Positions 1 to 13,399 are shown, numbered from the stretch's first letter. The stretch: DNA of 64,000 nucleotides from Eledone cirrhosa (GCA_964016885.1 OZ024740.1:317440001-317504000); one strand, 5' to 3'. Notes: generated from the letters alone by a model not told the origin. Program-made: numbers and translations.

Positions 1-622
1 TATTAATAATTTCTTTTCCTCGCACGTATTATTAAACCCTTCAATATACAAACCTTAATTTAATATTATTCTTAATCCCTTTTTCTCTTCATGCATAAAC
101 CTCATTAACTTTTAATTTCAAATTCTTTTAAATTTTCTATTATCTTCCAACGGCTTTTTAACTTCTCTCTGTGAGAAATATATATATTTTTCTCAGTTGT
201 AAAGGCTGTCTCTCTCTCTCTATCACCCATCTCCCCTCCTCTCTCACTCTTCCTTCTTATACTCGTCCCCCACCATTCTTTACTCTCATCTCCTCCTCTT
301 CCTTACCTTTTCCACCCCACCCCCCTCACTTTTTCCCAATCTCATACATCAATCTTAAATTATTTTTCATATGTTGATTTATAACTTCACTATTCACAAG
401 TGTTTTTTAAGCTTCATATCATGTATCCCTATTTTATCTGATGAAAACGCAGATATCATCCCATGATGATATTTGTTTTTGAAATGCGCATAATAAAATA
501 CTTGGAACTCTTTTAACCTTCTTTCGATCTTATATTATTTATACATCAGTCCTACAAACTGTAGAGTGCTACTTATCCGATATTTGCATTGCTTTATTGT
601 GCTACAATAAAACTCACCTCCT
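1..622 (+). mobile_element. 3' UTR/terminal repeat of a Penelope-like element, same family as 39790-42490
   Basis: Reverse-complement match to about 39790-40430; contains a hammerhead and ends at a (TA)n tract. Confidence 0.85.
430..500 (+). ncRNA. Type I hammerhead ribozyme
   Basis: tattttat-CTGATGA(438)-stem II aaacgcagatatcatc/gatgatatttgtttt-GAAA(481)-palindrome tgcgca-TA-ataaaata. Confidence 0.85.
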
Positions 623-649
623 ACATATATATATATATATATATATATA

Positions 650-927
650 AGAGAGTATTGAAGTTTGCTTGAAGCATTGTGGAATAATAAGTAAATATCT
701 TTAAGTCGGTTGGAAGCCTCGACAATGCAAATGGGTAAATCTCCGGGTAACAAGATCCGGTGGTGGAGAGAGAGATGTAAGTGGGTGTACGTTGAGATGC
801 GTGGTGTGTATAAGACACACCACGCATCTCAACGTACACCCACTTACATCTCTCTCTCCACCACCGGATCTTGTTACCCGGAGATTTACCCATTTGCATT
901 GCCGAGGCTTCCAAACGACTTAAAGAT

Positions 928-933
<6 letters not shown>
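650..933. mobile_element. Foldback element (119-bp inverted arms) between (TA)n and (CA)n
   Basis: 691-809 is a near-perfect reverse complement of 815-933; the terminus resembles 25480-25514. Confidence 0.8.
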
Positions 934-1006
<73 letters not shown>

Positions 1007-1009
<3 letters not shown>

Positions 1010-1886
1010 CTTTGATATATTGTTTTTGTTTATGCCACGAAACTACGTAGTCGAGGAATTTAGGAGCAGTTTAGGTATGATACATTTTATTACTAATTAT
1101 ATCTAAATGTTTCTTCTCTCTTCATAATGTATTTTTAACTCTGATACTGGTTCAGTCTAGTTCAACTGAATTGGTCTGTCCTAGTCATTCATTGAGCAAC
1201 ATCGGTGAAGTTGGCACCCTTAACTCACGGTTGGGTGCGGATACATTCATGTATATATGTGTGTGTCCGCATGTATCTGTGTGTTTCTAAATATATTGTT
1301 AATAACTCCCTCTGGTCGAGCAATCTTTGAAGTGTGGGGACAACTGGAAAGCTTCCATTACTCATACTTCTCGCCTTCTTCACCACCTCTTCTACGGCCT
1401 CGATATGAATACCCCCTCCGCCTCCCTGGTATTTTCTTCGTGGTTATAGGAGGCTTAGCTCTGTTTCTCGACCGTTATATCGCGTGACTATCTCCCCCTC
1501 CGCCTTTTGGGATTCTTTCTCACGTCGTGTAGACGCGTTCTTGAGACTAGTAAAATGAGGTATCCTCTTGATAAGTCGGCAGACCTCGCAAGGACTCTAT
1601 ATCTTTGATATATTGTTTTTGTTTATGCCACGAAACTACGTAGTCGAGGAATTTAGGAGCAGTTTAGGTATGATACATTTTATTACTAATTATATCTAAA
1701 TGTTTCTTCTCTCTTCATAATGTATTTTTAACTCTGATACTGGTTCAGTCTAGTTCAACTGAATTGGTCTGTCCTAGTCATTCATTGAGCAACATCGGTG
1801 AAGTTGGCACCCTTAACTCACGGTTGGGTGCGGATACATTCATGTATATATGTGTGTGTCCGCATGTATCTGTGTGTTTCTAAATA
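1007..1886 (+). mobile_element. Non-coding hammerhead-bearing element with partial tandem duplication (retrozyme/pLTR-like)
   Basis: About 1007-1296 is repeated at about 1600-1889 (period 593); flanked by (TA)n; no credible ORF. Confidence 0.75.
1563..1650 (+). ncRNA. Hammerhead ribozyme, U3-A8 core variant
   Basis: tcctc-TTGATAA(1568)-gtcggca...tgccac-GAAA(1632)-ctacgtag-TC-gagga; all three stems pair. Confidence 0.75.
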
Positions 1887-1911
1887 TATTATATATATAT
1901 ATATATATATA

Positions 1912-2128
1912 TTGAGTATATGTTGGTTGTTTACTGACACCTCAGTATGCAGATTGGAGCACTCGACGAAGTACGCAGGTTGGTTTGTTTACTCCGGAGT
2001 AGTGTAAACTAATTAAGTCAAATATGTAAAATTTGGCTATATACTGCTATATACTGCTATAAATATATATAGCAGTATATCTATAATTTGTAATAAACGA
2101 GGCAAAATTTTACATATTTGACTTAATT
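1912..2128. mobile_element. Short foldback element, same family as 50200-50730
   Basis: 1912-2060 matches 50200-50355; inverted arms at about 2031-2055 and 2103-2128. Confidence 0.7.
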
Positions 2129-2130
2129 AT

Positions 2131-2344
<214 letters not shown>

Positions 2345-2487
2345 CCACCAGAAAATTGATGAAGGGAAATTATCCCCGTTCGTGCTTTCCTCTTATTTAT
2401 AATTACACTTTATCCATTAACCATACAAATATATATATATATATATATATATATCCAGCAACCACACATATATATATATCCAGCAAC

Positions 2488-2519
<32 letters not shown>

Positions 2520-2642
2520 AATATAAATTCAGCGAGAATCGCATTTCGGCGGGTAGAAAAAGCGAAACGAAACGCAAAATCAGAGTCATATATATGTCCC
2601 AAGGCTCTGATACCATCAACACCATAAACTAAGAACTGACTA

Positions 2643-2698
2643 ACTGCCTGATGAGATCATAGCCATTCAATGGCTATCATCGAAATATATATAGTAGT
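2643..2698 (+). ncRNA. Type I hammerhead ribozyme
   Basis: actgc-CTGATGA(2648)-atagcca/tggctat stem II-GAAA(2682)-tatata-TA-gtagt. Confidence 0.8.
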
Positions 2699-3067
2699 AA
2701 ATAAAGGATTATGAGTTCATGCAATTGACTTATGTTTCGTCACTATATATATATATATATATATATATACGCGCGCGCGCGCGCGTGTGTGTGTGTGTGC
2801 GTGTGTGCATACCAGTGTAAATCGGTATGCAAGTACCTCCATTTATACCAGAATTATTATACGTATCCATTCGATAAACAGAGATCGATAAAATAAGTAT
2901 CAAGTAGAAATATGTTGCGAGATCGATAAGATCGACTGACATTCTCGAAGACAGTGTCTCAGTATAATCGCAATTCAATGACTGAAATCAGTAAAAAAAT
3001 AACAGATTGGGGAAGTCAGTATATATGATTTGTTTATTTCTAAGGGGTTTAGTACCTGATATTTGAA

Positions 3068-3200
3068 GGCATGTGGGTTAGTTGCTGGAGTACTGGGCTC
3101 ACGATCGCAGGGCGGTGAGTTCGATTACTGGACTAAGAGGCAAATTGTGTCCTTGAGCAAACAATGTATCTTACGTTGTTGAAGTCCCCTCAGCTGACAA
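3068..3200 (+). mobile_element. tRNA-derived SINE, family 2
   Basis: B-box-like gagttcgatt followed by tgtgtccttgagcaa; related copies near 37890, 54262 and 57147. Confidence 0.6.
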
Positions 3201-3234
3201 AATCATCTAGAATGCTTACATGCAGAGGACAGGA

Positions 3235-3745
3235 AGACAAGCAAACACCGAGGCTTGGCCGGTCACTTCCTCTTCGCACCGGTCACCGTAGAGACCTTAG
3301 GTGTCCTCGGACCCCGTACTGACCCCGTACTGCCGAGCTCTTCCGTAAAACCGGAACGTCAGCAGCTCGCCTGAGGATGGAACCCGCGAGGTGGGGTGGC
3401 TGTTGCAGCGGGTGTCGTTGGCCATTTTCCGAGGAATTGCCTTTGTAGTTTTGTCCGTGGGGCACATCCCTAACACCGCTGCGCCCTAGGCTCAGAGCTC
3501 ATCACCTTCTCCTCTTCGCCCTCCTTTTCTTCTGTGTCCCTATAGTCCTTGGGTTTTCCTCCTTTTTCCTCTCATTTATGGCATTTATAGTCCTTTCATC
3601 TACTTTCCCATACAGCCAGATCTGCCCTTCTTTACCCCTTCGCCCTTTTCTCATTACTTAATTTTGCTTTTATCTTTCTTTTTCATATTTATGTAAATGG
3701 CAATAGTTTTTAAGCCAACTTTATGAATAAAATAAAGTACCAACT
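3235..3745 (+). pseudogene. 3' end of a CRE-like RLE non-LTR retrotransposon
   Basis: Degenerate translation VTVETLGVLGP...WLLQRVSLAIFRGIA resembles the ETLG...QR-S-A--RGNA C-terminus; A-rich tail. Confidence 0.55.
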
Positions 3746-4528
3746 CTTACAAATTAATTTAACGAGCAAGCTTTCTCCGTGGATTGAAACAACTGGAACA
3801 CTCGCCGTCGGAAGCGACGGAAATCCAGCCCACACGCTCACGTTGTGTCTGATATACTTACTGCGTTTATTTTACTTGTGTATTGTTCTATGGATTGGTC
3901 TACAATCTTCTTTGTATATCCGTTGTTTTATAAGTGTTTGCATTATTCTGTGCAGCGCTTTGTTTGTGGAGGAGAGTCTGAATACTCTTCAAAGTAGAGC
4001 TTTAACCACTGACATTTTATACATGTCGTCATTTACTATCGTCATACCATGCAAATATAAGCATTTATGTATCTTTCGGGGCGAACGGACGCGATATATC
4101 TATTATGCTTTTATTTCATTTGGTTTAGTCAGTGGATTGCGGTCATGCCGGGGCAACGTATTGATTTAATCGATTCATATCGACCCCAGTACATTTTTTT
4201 TCTTGTCTAGTTCTTATTATATCGATCTCATTTTTTGTTGAACCGCTAAGTTACAGGACATAAACTGAAACAGACTCAAATGTAAAGACGCATACACACA
4301 CTAATACTACGATGGGCTTCTGCAGCTTCGGACCTGTTATTTTTATCTAAAGACGTTTTTTTCCAAATCCAACCCGTCCCCTCAATCTATCTTATTTCTC
4401 ATTCTTTCTTCTGGCGAAGGACTAACGTACGTCCGAAGCGTTAAGGACTCTCTTCCTGCTATATCAAGCGTTAACCTAATATATCCCTTCCGTATACTGT
4501 ACCGATTGTGTTGTTATTTCTGTATAAC

Positions 4529-4583
<55 letters not shown>

Positions 4584-4627
4584 CAATGATATTAAATAAA
4601 TGGAAACTATATTTATAAAACCATATT

Positions 4628-4689
4628 TATTCTATTATATATATTTCAAGGGTACCAAAAAATTTGGTACGCTTTCATCAGATAAAATA
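4628..4689 (-). ncRNA. Hammerhead ribozyme in a family A terminal fragment (about 4585-4768)
   Basis: Minus strand: tattttat-CTGATGA-aagcgtaccaa/ttggtaccctt-GAAA-tatata-TA-atagaata. Confidence 0.8.
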
Positions 4690-4835
4690 CAAAGTGTGTT
4701 TTATAAATTTTGACATAGCCAAGGAACATACCTTATCAGTTGAATTTTCCTTGGATAGTGATAAGGTATGTATATACATATATATATATATCGTAATTTG
4801 AACTCGGGAATTTTTTATTCTCCGAGTGAAAAGAT

Positions 4836-4919
4836 CCTTCTGACGAGAGTTTATCTTTGCAATGGATGCCGTAAGGACTGTCCGTTTATTTTTGAGACTC
4901 GAAACCGAATCGGTAAAGG
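4836..4919 (+). ncRNA. Type I hammerhead ribozyme
   Basis: cctt-CTGACGA(4840)-gagttt...agactc-GAAA(4901)-ccgaatcgg-TA-aagg. Confidence 0.8.
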
Positions 4920-4987
4920 TAACCATAGTGAGTAAAGTTAATTTTTTAAAATTTATTTTGAAACTTTTTCTTATTTGCTAAACCTTG

Positions 4988-5033
<46 letters not shown>

Positions 5034-5035
5034 CT

Positions 5036-5067
<32 letters not shown>

Positions 5068-5069
5068 CT

Positions 5070-5101
<32 letters not shown>

Positions 5102-5261
5102 GTGTATTGGTATGTAACGTTTAGTTACTATTGGTTCACCAATTTAAGCACTCGATGGTAATATGGGTCCGGTTGCCGATATATGGTATTTCACTGAAGT
5201 CGTTAATAATACTGATAATAAGGAGCAGCTACACACTATCAACATAATATGATTATGTTTA

Positions 5262-5360
5262 TTCACAAGTGACGCGCGTTTCGCGATCGATCAGCTCAAG
5301 GTAAGATTGCTATTGTTCGCGACTGATTCTGGAATCGAGAGCTCTTCAGACTTCTGGATA
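5262..5360 (-). ncRNA. Type I hammerhead ribozyme with long stem II
   Basis: Minus strand: agaagt-CTGAAGA-gc...gc-GAAA-cgcgcg-TC-acttgt. Confidence 0.75.
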
Positions 5361-5470
5361 CATATATGAAGCCATCTTTATGTCAATGTTCGTTGTTCTC
5401 ACTCTACTAATGTTTTGAGTACCTTATTTACTGTGGCTACCCAGTATATAAACATGTGTGTATATATATA

Positions 5471-5543
<73 letters not shown>

Positions 5544-5596
5544 ATATATATATGTATATATATATATGTATGTATATATATATATATATATGTAAG

Positions 5597-5629
<33 letters not shown>

Positions 5630-5876
5630 GTATATATGTATATTTGTATATATAGATGTGTATATATGACCAAAAGTTAAACAAGGTTCATTGATTAATC
5701 AATGAATATAGTTTTACAATAGATTAGAAGCACTCAACAATGAAGTTTTCTGGAGTTATTAATATTAATTCAAAATATTAATAAATATAGACATTCATGT
5801 AATCAAATATATTTTATTATACATATTTCAGAGGTACTGTGCTGTTTCCTCAGTACGTCCTCATCATAATAATAAT

Positions 5877-5969
5877 TGTTTCTACTTTTTGGCACAAGGC
5901 CAGCAATTATCCCAGTACATTACTGGTACTTTATTTTATCGACCCCGTAAGGATGAAAGGCAAAGTTAA
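5877..5969 (-). mobile_element. 5'-truncated SINE (family 1) with target-site duplication
   Basis: Matches the SINE 3' part (e.g. 58660-58760); cctcatcataataataat is duplicated at 5859-5876 and 5970-5987. Confidence 0.75.
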
Positions 5970-5999
5970 CCTCATCATAATAATAATATTACCTATAAT

Positions 6000-6320
6000 T
6001 ATATAGGTGCAACTTCATCGAGCTTTAAACTGAGATTTTCCAATCATAAACATTCTTTTTCTAATCCCGATAAGAAATTTTCTACCCCTTTATCACAATT
6101 AATATGGTCTTTAAAAAGAGAAAAATTTAAAATACTCAATATTTTGGACTAAACTTCGAAATTGTGAAGTTTATCGGAATAATTCCATCTCACCTAACTG
6201 CAATCTTTGCAATACTGAGACTCTATTAATAATTGCTAATTATGGTAATTTAATTAATAAAAAAAGTGAGTTATCTCAAATTGCCTCCATAAATCTGCAA
6301 CAACATTTCAAGCATCATAT
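6000..6320 (+). pseudogene. GIY-YIG endonuclease C-terminal remnant (PLE)
   Basis: YIGATSSSFKLRFSNHKHSF...STPLSQLIWSLK...CNLCNTE aligns with ORF 40984-41544; frameshifted. Confidence 0.75.
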
Positions 6321-7241
6321 AAAATTAGGGAAAAAGATTGACTGAGTGAGAACAGATATTGACTCTTATTATTAATTCTTGTAATGCTTCTATTATTGCT
6401 ATTATTGTTATTATTGATATTGTGTATAATGTTACTACCTCACCTTAGGAAAAGCATACCTGTTCTTTAAAAGAGTATGATAATCTCTTGATTGTTTACA
6501 TACCTTTAGTTTCGATTTAGAATCCTCTTTTTAAATCCTGTATCTTATAAATTTGAGATCTGTAATATCTTCAGGCTTTCAAACCGTTTAATTAATTTAA
6601 ACGTTTGGATACGTCGTACGGAGATATTGTTTACATTTATCGTGTATAAGTTTCGTTTTATCTAAATTGATTAATAATCTGTATTTAACTTGATTTATAG
6701 TATTTATAGTATTGAATCGAAATAATAATACTCTCAAGTGTAAATATAACTAATAATTAATCCTATATGTAATTGACAAATGTCGATTTAAATAGTATTG
6801 TTTATATAAAATGCTTATACAGATGCTAATATCTAAGTAAATTAAGTTTAATAATATCATATTTACTATATTTGTAAGCACCATTGTTAGTTAAAAATAT
6901 TTTTAATTTTTAATTTTATAACTAAATTATTGAATGTATTTACTAATTTAAATATGCTCCAGATTATAATTGAAAATATGTTATATTATCTTATATCACC
7001 CTATATTGTTTTAATTTTGATATAATATAATAGTATAATTTCTTTCAAATATTATAGAGTAAAAATTTCACGGTATTTAATTGATAGTTTCTACCTAACT
7101 TAATATTTGAAAAAAAAAAACGGTCACGCATCATATACCTCTATTCTTCTTCTCCTTATGTAATTATATTATACCATCTATATCTCCCTTTCTTCGTTTT
7201 TATCTTCATCTCTCTATCTTTTCCTTTTCTCCTCTATTTAG

Positions 7242-7272
<31 letters not shown>

Positions 7273-7535
7273 GTTTTTTTTCTCTAATACGGTCATTTAC
7301 ATATTTAATTATTTAAATATTTAACAGTTATGTACTTATGTGTTTATGTATTTTACTTAACTATATATGTATTTATTTTATTTTTTTCTATACATTTTCC
7401 TACGTACCCTCTCAATTATATGTAGTTTATCATTTACTACTTATGGTATATAAATATTGAGTTTTGTCATAACTAATCACTGCCAAGGCTGGAATTGAAC
7501 CATCAGCACAGTTGAAGTATGTCAGACATCAATTT

Positions 7536-7598
7536 ATTTTATCTGATGAGGACGTACTGAGGAAACAGCACAGTACCTCTGAAATATGTATAATAAAT
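7536..7598 (+). ncRNA. Type I hammerhead ribozyme
   Basis: ttttat-CTGATGA(7543)-ggacgtactg/cagtacctct-GAAA(7581)-tatgta-TA-ataaa. Confidence 0.8.
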
Positions 7599-7648
7599 AT
7601 ATTTGATTACATGAATGCCTATATTTATTAATATTTTGAATTAATATA

Positions 7649-8812
7649 TCATTATCTATAAAAGGCAGATTGTTGTTGTTGTTGTGTGTGTGTGTGTGCA
7701 TGTTCCATGTTTATACATTTGCACAATTTCAAACCGATTCGACTAAAAGTCTGTAAGAATGTTGTAAATGATCTAACTTAGGTTAACGACTATTTACTTC
7801 ATTCACACTCACCCACAATTACGGAAATAATCGATAAAACTAAATACATGACGCTTTACCCCTCTAATACAATCAGATATTCTCTCTCTACTCCCCTTAA
7901 ACTTTAAGAGAGAGAGAGAGAGAGAGAGTGAGAGGGAGAGAGAGAGAGAGACAGAACGTTTGTTTTTGAGTGTGGAACGGTCAAACATTTATTTACTTCA
8001 ATGACAAAGAGAACTTATTACATTTCATACGAAACAACAATTATTCAAAAGCAACAGATAAATTTATTCAACAACAAAAAAATACCGATAAATCTTTTTT
8101 AAAACATCTATCAACGAACGTGGAAGAAAGAAGTATCAGTTCATTTACTATACACAATAATATCCTCTATGAGGTCACTAAACCTGCTAGAAACAGCAGC
8201 TAATTCTCCCCCATATCACACCACTCCCTACTGTCTTAAATTTAGAAAAATATCCTCTATTAGGTCACTAAACCTGCTAGAAACAGCAGCTAACTCTTCC
8301 GCATATTCAAAAGCAACAGATAAATTTATTCAACAACAAAAAAAATAGCGATAAATCTTTTTTATAACATCTATCAACGAACGTGGAAGAAAGAAGTATC
8401 AGTTCATTTACTATACACAATAATATCCTCTATGAGGTCACTAAACCTGCTAGAAACAGCAGCTAACTCTCCCCCATATCACACCCCTCCCTACTGTTTT
8501 AAATTTAGAAAACACACATTAGACAACCATGCAGAACAACTCCATCGCAGCTCTGTTGTTCGGCTGTCATCGTCTACGTGGGTGTTGCGCAAGTACTGTG
8601 AAACAATAAATTTCAACACTTCTTTGCACAGAGATAATATCCATAGGCGAAACTACAATTGTCACTGCTGGCGCAGCTCCTGCTTCGGCAGTCCAGGTCT
8701 GCAATTCATTCACCCAGTGCCTGGCAGACAAAAAAGTGCTGCCATAAAATGGGTGGTGCAACCTAACTTTGGTAACTTACTGACCCCGAGCAACGCCGGG
8801 CTTTAATGCTAG
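7649..8812 (+). mobile_element. Non-autonomous Helitron
   Basis: Inserted between A and T; 5' TC, 3' hairpin cccgagcaacgccggg (8785-8800) then CTAG (8809-8812); internal duplication of about 260 bp. Confidence 0.7.
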
Positions 8813-8818
8813 TATGTG

Positions 8819-8920
<102 letters not shown>

Positions 8921-8959
8921 GTATATATATATGTATATATATGTATATATATGTATATA

Positions 8960-9028
<69 letters not shown>

Positions 9029-9100
9029 AGCGGAACAAGTAAACATTAAACAATCTTTTAAATAAATTAAAATACGATTTAAATATTCACCTGTTCTAGT

Positions 9101-9180
9101 GCTGTGACCGACGGTTTCGCTTATCAAAAGATTGGAAATTCAGAGAATTTCCAATGGAAAGAATCAGCTCTTCAGACAGC
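9101..9180 (-). ncRNA. Type I hammerhead ribozyme
   Basis: Minus strand: gctgt-CTGAAGA-long stem II (attggaaatt/aatttccaat)-GAAA-ccgtcgg-TC-acagc. Confidence 0.88.
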
Positions 9181-9522
9181 TATTTCCAACCACAGGGCAT
9201 AGAGCCTTGTAGTAGTAAACATATTGCTTTCTGCCCAATGTATGAGGTCAGGCCGTTAAAGTGACCTACACATAAATAGACCGTTAGGAAAAAGCGGGAA
9301 TTATAGACTTGTTGAAATTTCATGTGACTAGAAATAGCAGCACGATACAACTTTTTTTCTCTACATAGGATGAGAATACAAATAAATGATATAAATATTC
9401 CATATATATATATATATATATATATATAACAAAGAAGGAGTGGCAAGATACCAGGTGTACCGAAACGCACCAGAGTACTCGATACTTAGGGTAGTAGACT
9501 GGGTAATATATATATACATATA

Positions 9523-10300
9523 TCAGTGGCGAAGGGTAAATTGGAAAGCAGGGCATGCAGTCCAATCGCCATGGCTCTAGAGTAGGACAGTGGAACCCCC
9601 CCCACCCCTTCTCAAAAAATTATTTGTCGTCCTCTCCTCCATTTGTAAATGTGATATGAGATAATTTTAATGTCAGAAAATGCACATCTACCAACAGAAC
9701 ACACTTGAGCTAGACATGATGTCTCCACTAGAATGATATCTTCTCATTAGTAATAGCCCGGCGACAAGCCTGTCATGATATTGGTTAAGTGAGAAATATG
9801 AGTAAACAGTAAAAACCTTCAAATAATGAAATATTTAAAATTCATTTGTAAATCAATTCAATTCTCCGTTTCTTTTTTGGCAAATTCATCGATCACTTTG
9901 CTACAAAATGTATTAGCACTACGCTTTACCTTCATCTTCTTCAAAAGGTCTTTATTCATGGAAATGAAGACCGAATTTCTTACTTTGAGAACACCTCATA
10001 TAATTATTTACTCGCTTTAATGAAGAAAACAATCTCTGCCATGAAGCAGATGTGGCAGGTATGGTCAGAATTAGGTGTAATAATTTTGTTACTTCTGCCA
10101 GAGCTTGATTTAGTTCAAGTTCCCTTATTATGTCTGCGACTTCCTGAATGCTTGACGCTTGCTTTGCAAAATCTGCAGCATAAACTGATTTCAAAAACGC
10201 TTCCATCGGAAATTTTTTTCGTAAGCGTGAAAAAGCTTTAGCTTCAACAATTCCACAAATCTGAACTCTCCCATTCTTTTAAATCTTTGTTCAACGTGGA
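9523..10300 (-). pseudogene. hAT transposon end with transposase dimerisation-domain remnant
   Basis: cagtggcg TIR-like start at 9523; LHLILTIPATSASWQRLFSSLKRVNNYMR matches the hATC motif; stops present. Confidence 0.7.
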
Positions 10301-11036
10301 CAATAACAAAAATAGGTCATAGGTCCGAGTTTACTTTTTTACGTAACTTTAAAAAAATAATTTGAGATATTTAAAATTAAATTTTAAAGCATAGGAACGA
10401 ATAAATGGATGAACATTTTACCTTTTTAATCACAAAAATGTCAACTGTTACTCCTACACACTTAAAACGGGAACTAGTATACACTTAAAGCGGGAAATAG
10501 TAAAAAAAAAAAAAATTCTGGGTAGTGGTCACATGACTGAATCCGGGTCTTAAAACAGTAATGGAAAAAGGAACTTTTGATGTGACATTAAGGACATTAA
10601 ACGTCCCGTTTATAGTCTACAGTATCGAATGAACCAAAATCAACAATGATTCTAAATCTATCTGAAAAAAGCAAGCCTTTGATCTAAGCAAAAAAGACTA
10701 CAGCATGCAGAAATAAATTTGGTTTCACTCAACATCTGATTTAAGCTCCCCCTCCTAATGATAACATTCGGTGACTGAAGTTTCTTTAATATCTGTCGGC
10801 CGAAGTTAGACAGAAAGAAATGAAAAAAAGAAAATGTAGGAAATGTAAATAGTGTGTGTGTGTGTCAGCAAACAAAGAAAATATTGCATGCCTTTTTTAA
10901 ATAATATAGCTTGTTTACAAGTTATGTTATCCTAAGACACAAAGGGACGTGAGATACACACACACACACATATATATATATAAATATATATATACGGGAT
11001 AACAAATTATTGTTATAGGTAGTCCACTTAGATGTA

Positions 11037-11070
<34 letters not shown>

Positions 11071-11075
<5 letters not shown>

Positions 11076-12252
11076 GATATTAAATAAATGGAAACTATAT
11101 TTATAAAACCATATTTATTCTATTATATATATATCAAGGGTACCAAAAACTTTGGTACGCTTTCATCAGATAAAATACAAAGAGTGTTTTATAAATTTTG
11201 ACATACCCAAGGAAACCATACCTCATCAGTTGAATTTTCCTTGGGTAGTGAGATTAAAGAACGGATTTTTCAAACTTATGGATGGATATTGAAATGAATA
11301 TGTAAATACGGTTGAGTTATATGATTGAAAAACCGTTATTTTAAACGCTATGGAAAGTTTAGATATATATATAATAATAATAAGAGAGAAAGAAAGAAAA
11401 AAGAAAAAAAAAGAAAAAGGAAAAAGAAGAAGAAGGAAAAGGAAAAAGGAAAAAGAAGACCACTTATATAGGTTAATTTGGGGAAAATAAATTCGAATAT
11501 TTACCTATATTATGTATATATTTATATGGAGAATTATGTTTGTAAGTATTTATCTTATTATAATATTGTAGTGGGTTAAATATATAAATATATATATATA
11601 TTTTAATAATAGCATATGTATTTTATTAAAAAGATATTTTGCAATTATTAGTTGTTTATAATATGAGTTACGAGTGACGTTGATTTTGTGTTTTATGTAG
11701 ATAAATAAATAAATAAATAAATAAATAGGTAGTTCAAGTTGCAGGTGGTTGTTCTTAACTTGAGTTACGAGGGAAGTTGATTTTGTATTTTATGTAAATA
11801 AATAAATAGGTAATTAAAATTATGAATTTATATATTTGGATCGCATTGAGAATGTTTTAAATTAACGGAGTTAGGTATAAGAAGTTTATATGATTGAGGA
11901 AGAAAAGATAACTCCAATTTCATTTGTTAATCGATACATTTTTTTAAGAGTTAGTGTGAGATTAATTAATTATTTAGTCGAAAGAAATATGAATGTTTAA
12001 ACATCGTCTTGAATAGGATACATTTTCCTAAATTCAGTTAATGGTTAAACTACGTTTAAAAAAAGTAGCTTTAGAGGGTGTGATTGGAAAAATAAAGAAT
12101 TAAAAAATTAAAAAATTAAAAAATTAAAAAATTAAAAAATTAAAAAATTAAAAAATTAAAAAATTAAAAAATTAAAAAATTAAAAAATTAAAATTAAAAT
12201 TATATAGATATACATACATATATAAAAATATCTATACACACATATATACATA

Positions 12253-12255
<3 letters not shown>
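11071..12255 (-). mobile_element. Family A non-coding PLE-type 3' segment
   Basis: Reverse complement of about 13645-14741; hammerhead at 11114-11176 has GAAA changed to GATA. Confidence 0.8.
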
Positions 12256-12301
<46 letters not shown>

Positions 12302-12374
12302 TGAAATAAAATGAAAACGAAATTTCATTTCTCACTCTTAGTATGGCACTTACTTAAATGTATACATGCATACT

Positions 12375-12440
<66 letters not shown>

Positions 12441-12444
<4 letters not shown>

Positions 12445-12848
12445 TAAGAAATTTTACTGAAAGGTGAGAGTACTACAAATATTAGAGATATTATGATTTA
12501 GAGATATTAATATATTAAAAATATAAATTGTTAAAAAAGATAGGATCATTTTGAAGATTTATAGGAATATTATGTTACACATAGTTCTGAATGTAGAATT
12601 TTGGCGATGGCTGCAAAAATAAAATAATTCTGTTCTGAGATTAATAGAGTTTTGACAGTTAATTATATGAAAAATTTCTTTAATACACAATTTACAGAAT
12701 TTTGATAGAGTCATGTTTCGGTACGCAGGTGCTTTCGAAATGATCCTATCTTTTATAACAATTTATATTTTTAATATATTAATATCTCTAAATCATAGTA
12801 TCTCTAATATTTGTAGTACTTTCACCTTTCAGCAAAATGTCTTATAAT
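12441..12848. mobile_element. Family C foldback element
   Basis: Arms 12441-12551 and 12738-12848; the whole unit recurs inverted at 24740-25144. Confidence 0.8.
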
Positions 12849-12859
12849 ATATATATATA

Positions 12860-13357
12860 TTGGTAAAAGGAAAAGAAAATGCTGACAAATTGTTCCCAGT
12901 GAAAAATAGTTTAATTAGGAATAAGCAAAAATTAGTAATAGTATTGGTTAGTATTCAGTTTTAGTTTTAAATTTTACCGGTTGCGAATTTCTAATGCTTT
13001 TCAAAAATAATTTTGAGATAGAGCGCCCGTGATGTTTGCTCTAATCTGATTAGTTTTGGAAATTCTACCTGTTTTATGTAAAAAAAAGTGGCTCCAGATG
13101 TATGAAACAATTCTTGTGGTAAAACAATTTTGATTGGTCGGTAGAGGTCATGTGAATGTTAAAAATTGATTTTGCGCCAAATGTAGGTTTGTCTCGGCTG
13201 ATTGAGAAGTCACTGAAAAATAAGTCTTTCAAGACAAATATGTGTGTGTGTGTGTGTGTGTGTGTAGTAGTAGTAAAGAGGTTCGTTGTTGTGATAATGG
13301 TCAGCAGGCATGCGTGTGCGAACCGCAGCTTGTTGACAGTTCAAATGCCTATTAAGA

Positions 13358-13399
<42 letters not shown>

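Larger units (their letters stand above)
5668..7648 (+). mobile_element. 5'-truncated PLE with an inverted copy of its 3' end at the 5' side
   Basis: About 5762-5866 is the reverse complement of about 7544-7647; GIY-YIG remnant inside. Confidence 0.75.

Noticed and set aside
621-1015. Near-identical ORFs on both strands (MEAS.MQMGKSPG...)
   Set aside because: Consequence of the DNA palindrome and non-ATG starts; no protein motif
4405-4447. Degenerate hammerhead-like strings here and at about 14930-14972, 39446-39512, 43575-43607, 49183, 61278 and 63254
   Set aside because: Core substitutions or missing stems; at best dead copies, so not called as ribozymes
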